In this document: piece after piece, positions 58,780-64,000 of the stretch
Numbering within the stretch: the stretch's first letter is position 1
Layout of the letters: the number at the start of each line of letters is the position of its first letter
Origin: a virus
Direction: 5' to 3' (one strand)
IMG/VR virus record: IMGVR_UViG_3300044213_000170
Span: 64,001 to 128,000 of that record
DNA: 64,000 nucleotides
Program-made: the position numbers and the translations under genes
The notes under the pieces: generated by a model
Seen by the model: the letters and a program-made list of their open reading frames with translations, nothing else
Told to the model about the DNA's origin: nothing
The model's database searches: none

Positions 58780-58816
58780 GAGCTTATGTTATGTTAGATA
58801 ACAATCCAACTTTGGA

Positions 58817-61800
58817 TTATAGTCTACCAATAACAACCTCGATGATGCCTGTTGTGCCGTTAAAGTCCTCTAGGGCTTTACCGATTACAGTACCAATCTT
58901 TGGATTAGCTTCAGCACGGGCCATTCCGTTACCAGCTGCAACCATCATATCACCTTTGCGTACTGTGCCTGTTACAAAACATGGTACACGACCGTGTAAT
59001 GCAACATCAGCTACGTACTCTGCATCCAACTCACTGTTCATTAAGTAAGATGGATTTGTAGTGATAACCCCTGCTACAGTTGTTACCATATCTTCAGCCG
59101 CTAATGTAACTTCATTAGTACCTCCGAAGCAAACTACTGTACCTGGTTGATAACGAGCATCTGCTACATAACGCTCTGCCAAGTCAGCGTAACGAGCGTT
59201 AACTGCTGTAACGTTTAATACGTTTGTACTTGGATTATAGTAGAAGCTACTAGCACCGTAAGCAGTTTGGTTAGAACCAGTCGCGCTTACAAATACTGGA
59301 TAGTAGTTTGCGTTTGTAGTTGTTGCTGTTGCGTTGATAATAGTGCTTGGACCTGCTGGACCTTGTGCACCAGTTGCACCTGTTGGACCTTGTGGACCTT
59401 GTGGACCTGTTGGACCTTGTGCACCTGTTGCACCTGTTGCACCTGTTGCACCTGTTGCACCTGTCGGACCTTGTGGACCTTGTGGACCAGTTGAACCTTG
59501 TGCACCTGTTGCACCTGTTGGACCTTGTGGACCTTGTGGACCAGTTGGACCTTGTGCACCTGTTGCACCTGTTGCACCTGTCGGACCTTGTGGACCTTGT
59601 GGACCAGTTGAACCTTGTGCACCTGTTGCACCTGTTGGACCTTGTGGACCTTGTGGACCAGTTGAACCTTGTGCACCTGTTGCACCTGTTGCACCTGTTG
59701 GACCTTGCGGACCTTGTGGACCAGTTGAACCTTGTGCACCTGTTGCACCTGTTGGACCTTGTGGACCTTGTGGACCAGTTGAACCTTGTGCACCTGTTGG
59801 ACCTGTTGCACCTGTTGCACCTGTTGGACCTTGTGGACCTTGTGGACCAGTTGAACCTTGTGCACCAGTTGCACCTGTTGGACCTTGTGGACCTTGTGGA
59901 CCTTGTGGACCAGTTGCACCAGTTGAACCAGTTGCACCAGTTGCACCAGTTAGACCTTGTGGACCTTGTGGACCTTGTGGACCAGTTGAACCTTGTGCAC
60001 CAGTTGCACCTGTTGGACCTTGTGGACCTTGTGGACCTTGTGGACCTGTTGCACCTTGTGCACCTGTTGGACCTGTGCTACCTGTTGCACCCTGTGGACC
60101 TTGTGGACCTTGTGGACCTTGTGGACCTGTTGCACCTGTTGCACCTGTTGGGCCTTGTAGACCTGTTGCGCCAGTTGCACCCTGTGGACCTTGTGGACCT
60201 TGTGGTCCTTGTGGTCCTGTTGCACCAATTGGACCTTGCGGACCTGTACTACCTGTGTTACCAGTTGGACCCTGTGGACCTTGTGGACCTTGTGGACCAG
60301 TTGAACCTTGTGCACCTGTTGGACCTTGTGGACCTTGTGGACCAGTTGAACCTTGTGCACCTTGTGGACCTTGTGGACCTTGTGGACCTGTGCTACCAGT
60401 TGCACCTGTAGGACCTTGTGGACCTTGTGGACCAGTTGAACCTTGTGCACCTGTTGCACCTGTTGCACCTGTTGGACCTTGTGGACCTTGTGGACCAGTT
60501 GAACCTTGTGCACCTGTTGCACCTGTTGGACCTTGTGGTCCTTGTGGACCTTGTGGACCTGTGCTACCTGTTGCACCTTGTGCACCTGTTGGACCTTGTG
60601 GACCTTGTGGACCAGTTGAACCTTGTGCACCTGTTGGACCTTGTGGACCTGTACTACCTGTTGGACCTTGTGGTCCTTGTGGACCTTGTGGACCTGTGCT
60701 ACCTGTTGCACCTTGTGCACCTGTTGGACCTTGTGGACCTTGTGGACCAGTTGCACCTGTATTACCAGTTATACCCTGTGGGCCTTGTGGACCTTGTGGA
60801 CCTTGTGGACCTTGTGGACCAGTTGAACCTGTATTACCAGTTATACCCTGTGGGCCCTGTGGACCTTGTGGACCTTGTGGACCTTGTGGACCTGTTGCAC
60901 CTTGTGCACCTGTTGGACCTTGTGGACCTGTTGCGCCAGTTGGACCTTGTGGACCTTGTGGACCTTGTGGACCAGTTGAACCTTGTGCACCTGTTGGACC
61001 TTGTGGACCTTGCGGACCAGTTGAACCTGTATTACCAGTTATACCCTGTGGGCCTTGTGGACCTTGTGGACCTTGTGGACCTTGTGGACCAGTTGCACCT
61101 GTATTACCAGTTATACCCTGTGGGCCCTGTGGACCTTGTGGACCTTGTGGACCTTGTGGACCTGTTGCACCTTGTGCACCTGTTGGACCTTGTGGACCTG
61201 TTGCGCCAGTTGGACCTTGTGGACCTTGTGGACCTTGTGGACCTGTTGCACCTTGTGCACCTGTTGGACCTTGTGGACCTGTTGCGCCAGTTGGACCTTG
61301 TGGACCTTGTGGACCTTGTGGACCAGTTGAACCTTGTGCACCTGTTGGACCTTGTGGACCTTGCGGACCAGTTGAACCTTGTGGACCTTGTGGACCTTGT
61401 GGACCAGTTGAACCTTGTGCACCTGTTGGACCTTGTGGTCCTTGTGGACCTTGTGGACCAGTTGAACCTTGTGCACCTGTTGGACCTTGTGGACCTTGTG
61501 GACCTTGTGGACCTGTGCTACCTGTTGCACCTTGTGCACCTGTTGGACCTTGTGGACCTTGTGGACCAGTTGAACCTTGTGCACCAGTTGCACCTGTTGG
61601 ACCTTGTGGACCTTGTGGACCAGTTGAACCTTGTGCACCTGTTGGACCTTGTGGACCTTGTGGACCAGTTGAACCTTGTGCACCTGTTGGACCTTGTGGG
61701 CCAGTTGAACCTTGTGCACCTGTTGGACCTTGTGGACCTTGTGGACCTGTTGCGCCAGTTGGACCTTGTGGACCTTGTGGACCAGTTGCACCTGTATTAC

Positions 61801-64000
61801 CAGTTACACCCTGTGGACCTTGTGGACCTTGTGGACCTTGTGGACCTGTTGCACCTTGTGCACCAATTGGGCCTTGTGGACCTTGTGGACCAGTTGCACC
61901 TTGTGCACCAATTGGGCCTTGTGGACCAGTTGCACCTTGTGCACCTGTTGGACCTTGTGGACCAGTTGCACCTGTTGGGCCCTGTGGACCTTGCGGACCT
62001 GTCGAGCCTTGTGCACCAGTTGCACCAGTTGCACCTTGTGCACCTGTTGGGCCTTGTGGACCTTGTGGACCTGTATTACCCTGTGGGCCAGTTGGACCTT
62101 GTGGACCAACAACACCTTGTGGACCTTGTGGACCTTGTGGACCTGTATTACCCTGTGGGCCAGTTGGACCTTGTGGACCAACAACACCTTGTGGGCCCTG
62201 TGGACCTTGTGGACCTGTGTTACCAATCGGGCCTTGTGCGCCTTGTGCGCCTGTGTTACCCTGTGGGCCCTGTGGGCCTTGTGGACCTGTGTTACCAATT
62301 GGACCTTGCGGACCAGTAGCACCTGTTGGACCTTGCGGACCAGTAGCACCTGTCACACCCTGTGGACCTTGTGGACCTTGTGGACCTTGTGGACCAATTG
62401 CTTGGATTTGACTATATGTTGCACCGTCATTGGTAAATTCCCAATGCTTTGCAGATTCATTCCAACGTAATTGTACCGCAGCATCGTCGCCGCGCATTAC
62501 TCGGATGCCTGCGTTCATTGTTGGGGTACCTGTAGTGAAATCGCTGTTCAAATCAACAATATTATCTGCGACACTTAATGTAGTAGAATGAACTGTAGTT
62601 GTTGTACCGTTAACAGTTACGTTACCACTGATAACCAAATCGTCATTAACAACAACACGACCTGAACCAGGTGCAGTTAATGTTAAGTCAATATTTGCAC
62701 TACTTGTAAGCTGATTGGTATGAATTCCTGTACTAAATGTAATAGGATTGCCATCGGTTGATGTGAAATTTTGACCACCTTCTAACTGCAATGTACCTGC
62801 AATTTGAACCGTTGTGCCGGTTGATCCTAACTGTAATACGCCTGTTCCCGATGTAGAAATACGTATATTTTGGTCAAGATCGGCAGTAAAGTTCATTGTC
62901 GAATCTGTACTATGAAGAACTTCAACTCCATTAACATATAAAGAACCGGGACCCACATATACATCTTTCCACTGATGTGATAAGCTACCTAAGCTGTAAG
63001 TAACGTTTGCACTTGGTATAATGTTACCATCAAAGTTTGACATATATACTTTCGTTGCACCGTTTGCCCCAGCATTAACAGTATTAATTGCGGCTGCTAA
63101 ACTGCTTTCAGCAGCTTCAGCACGACTTGTTTCTGCAACAATATTAGTTGCATTTGTTGCAATCGAGCTTGCTAAACTACTTTCTGCACGTTCAGCACGT
63201 GTAACTTCTGTGGAAACTGCAGCACCTAAACTACTTTCAGCAGCTTGTGCACGACTTGTTTCTACTGCTACATCAGCGGTAATAGCTGTACTTAAATTGC
63301 TTTCAGCGGCTTGTGCACGGCTTGTTTCTACTGCTACTGCGGCAGTAATAGCACCTGCTAAACTACTTTCAGCAGCTTGTGCACGACTTGTTTCTACTGC
63401 TACATCAGCGGTAATAGCTGTACTTAAATTGCTTTCAGCGGCTTGTGCACGGCTTGTTTCTACTGCTACTGCGGCAGTAATAGCACCTGCTAAACTGCTT
63501 TCAGCGGCGTGTGCACGACTTGTTTCTACTGCTACATCAGCCGTGATAGCTGTACCTAAACTACTTTCAGCGGCTTGTGCACGACTTGCCTCTACTGCCA
63601 CTGCGGCAGTAATAGCACCTGCTAAACTGCTTTCAGCTGCTTCGGCGCGACTTGTTTCCGCTAAAACATCAGCACTGAATGCAAGACTGTTATTATTAAC
63701 AGTTAATGTGCCAGATGCATCGCGTAATGTAAGTGTACCAATACCAACGCTGGAAGCCGCATTAATGGCAGGTGCAAAAACCGAAGTAACTGCAAAGAAA
63801 ATTGCAGTACCTGTAGTTGCTTGTGTTAATTCGATCTTTGCTGTATTGTTGTCAACTATTACAATGTTTGCAACCAATAAGTTATGATGTGAATCATAAA
63901 CAAAATATGCAAAGTTTGTAGTGTCGAAATTATGTGTAACGGTCCATTCTGTACTTGCTGTACCCTGGGTATGGACATAAGCAGTTTGCTTACTTCCAAT
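58817..64000 (-). CDS. Large collagen-like tail fibre, 5' end outside the window
   Basis: Frame open to the window edge; about 1000-aa G-X-Y tract; C-terminal YADLAERY...GRVPC..G...KGD domain typical of fibre chaperones. Confidence 0.88.
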   Translation of the reverse strand: MGSKQTAYVHTQGTASTEWTVTHNFDTTNFAYFVYDSHHNLLVANIVIVDNNTAKIELTQATTGTAIFFAVTSVFAPAINAASSVGIGTLTLRDASGTLTVNNNSLAFSADVLAETSRAEAAESSLAGAITAAVAVEASRAQAAESSLGTAITADVAVETSRAHAAESSLAGAITAAVAVETSRAQAAESNLSTAITADVAVETSRAQAAESSLAGAITAAVAVETSRAQAAESNLSTAITADVAVETSRAQAAESSLGAAVSTEVTRAERAESSLASSIATNATNIVAETSRAEAAESSLAAAINTVNAGANGATKVYMSNFDGNIIPSANVTYSLGSLSHQWKDVYVGPGSLYVNGVEVLHSTDSTMNFTADLDQNIRISTSGTGVLQLGSTGTTVQIAGTLQLEGGQNFTSTDGNPITFSTGIHTNQLTSSANIDLTLTAPGSGRVVVNDDLVISGNVTVNGTTTTVHSTTLSVADNIVDLNSDFTTGTPTMNAGIRVMRGDDAAVQLRWNESAKHWEFTNDGATYSQIQAIGPQGPQGPQGPQGVTGATGPQGPTGATGPQGPIGNTGPQGPQGPQGNTGAQGAQGPIGNTGPQGPQGPQGVVGPQGPTGPQGNTGPQGPQGPQGVVGPQGPTGPQGNTGPQGPQGPTGAQGATGATGAQGSTGPQGPQGPTGATGPQGPTGAQGATGPQGPIGAQGATGPQGPQGPIGAQGATGPQGPQGPQGPQGVTGNTGATGPQGPQGPTGATGPQGPQGPTGAQGSTGPQGPTGAQGSTGPQGPQGPTGAQGSTGPQGPQGPTGATGAQGSTGPQGPQGPTGAQGATGSTGPQGPQGPQGPTGAQGSTGPQGPQGPQGPTGAQGSTGPQGPQGPQGSTGPQGPQGPTGAQGSTGPQGPQGPQGPTGATGPQGPTGAQGATGPQGPQGPQGPTGATGPQGPTGAQGATGPQGPQGPQGPQGPQGITGNTGATGPQGPQGPQGPQGPQGITGNTGSTGPQGPQGPTGAQGSTGPQGPQGPQGPTGATGPQGPTGAQGATGPQGPQGPQGPQGPQGITGNTGSTGPQGPQGPQGPQGPQGITGNTGATGPQGPQGPTGAQGATGSTGPQGPQGPQGPTGSTGPQGPTGAQGSTGPQGPQGPTGAQGATGSTGPQGPQGPQGPTGATGAQGSTGPQGPQGPTGATGATGAQGSTGPQGPQGPTGATGSTGPQGPQGPQGAQGSTGPQGPQGPTGAQGSTGPQGPQGPQGPTGNTGSTGPQGPIGATGPQGPQGPQGPQGATGATGLQGPTGATGATGPQGPQGPQGPQGATGSTGPTGAQGATGPQGPQGPQGPTGATGAQGSTGPQGPQGPQGLTGATGATGSTGATGPQGPQGPQGPTGATGAQGSTGPQGPQGPTGATGATGPTGAQGSTGPQGPQGPTGATGAQGSTGPQGPQGPTGATGATGAQGSTGPQGPQGPTGATGAQGSTGPQGPQGPTGATGATGAQGPTGPQGPQGPTGATGAQGSTGPQGPQGPTGATGATGATGATGAQGPTGPQGPQGPTGATGAQGPAGPSTIINATATTTNANYYPVFVSATGSNQTAYGASSFYYNPSTNVLNVTAVNARYADLAERYVADARYQPGTVVCFGGTNEVTLAAEDMVTTVAGVITTNPSYLMNSELDAEYVADVALHGRVPCFVTGTVRKGDMMVAAGNGMARAEANPKIGTVIGKALEDFNGTTGIIEVVIGRL
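59345..62400 (-). repeat. Collagen (Gly-X-Y)n 9-bp repeat tract
   Basis: GGTCCACAA/GGTGCAACA units encoding [15 protein letters not shown]. Confidence 0.97.
63100..63670 (-). repeat. 66-bp (22-aa) tandem repeats, [20 protein letters not shown]-type
   Basis: Roughly 7-8 near-identical copies. Confidence 0.9.

Noticed and set aside
59267-62470. Long alternative-frame ORFs (GPC-, LVD-, VHK- and WTL-rich)
   Set aside because: Shadows of the stop-free 9-bp collagen repeat
63021-63887. 288-aa plus-strand ORF
   Set aside because: Antisense shadow of the 66-bp fibre repeats

Overview
This window is part of a large, AT-rich T4-like (myovirus) phage genome read in the standard genetic code, with almost everything on the minus strand. 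(i) 0-8 kb: accessory genes, including three membrane fatty-acid-desaturase-like genes, an acyltransferase, a metallophosphoesterase, a PTP-like phosphatase, a GIY-YIG-like endonuclease and a domain-1-less RF1-like release factor interrupted by an in-frame UGA. (ii) 8-21.3 kb: an RNA island with about 33 intact tRNAs covering all 20 amino acids, several degenerate or odd tRNA-like RNAs, a probable GOLLD-type large ncRNA with an embedded tRNA cloverleaf, a Y-RNA-like element, a family of stem-bracketed small RNAs, and homing endonuclease insertions. (iii) 21-29.5 kb: DNA methyltransferase, uvsY, uvsX and gp32. (iv) 29.5-51 kb: packaging and virion module (terminase, gp4, tube, sheath, gp13/14/15, dNMP kinase). 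(v) 51-64 kb: 2OG oxygenases, a GDP-sugar/glycosyltransferase cluster and a large collagen-like fibre that runs off the window. The best candidate for an undescribed system is a set of translation sensors around the tRNA island. The main one is a 47-codon leader peptide (20752-20895) that uses all 20 amino acids in its first 36 codons and is coupled to an antiterminator/terminator pair. Others are a second mini-leader (MKRSTKR-UAG) ahead of the tRNA-Lys genes, whose promoter carries the same upstream palindrome at the same spacing, and the UGA-gated release factor. All calls were made by eye; no database searches or folding programs were run.
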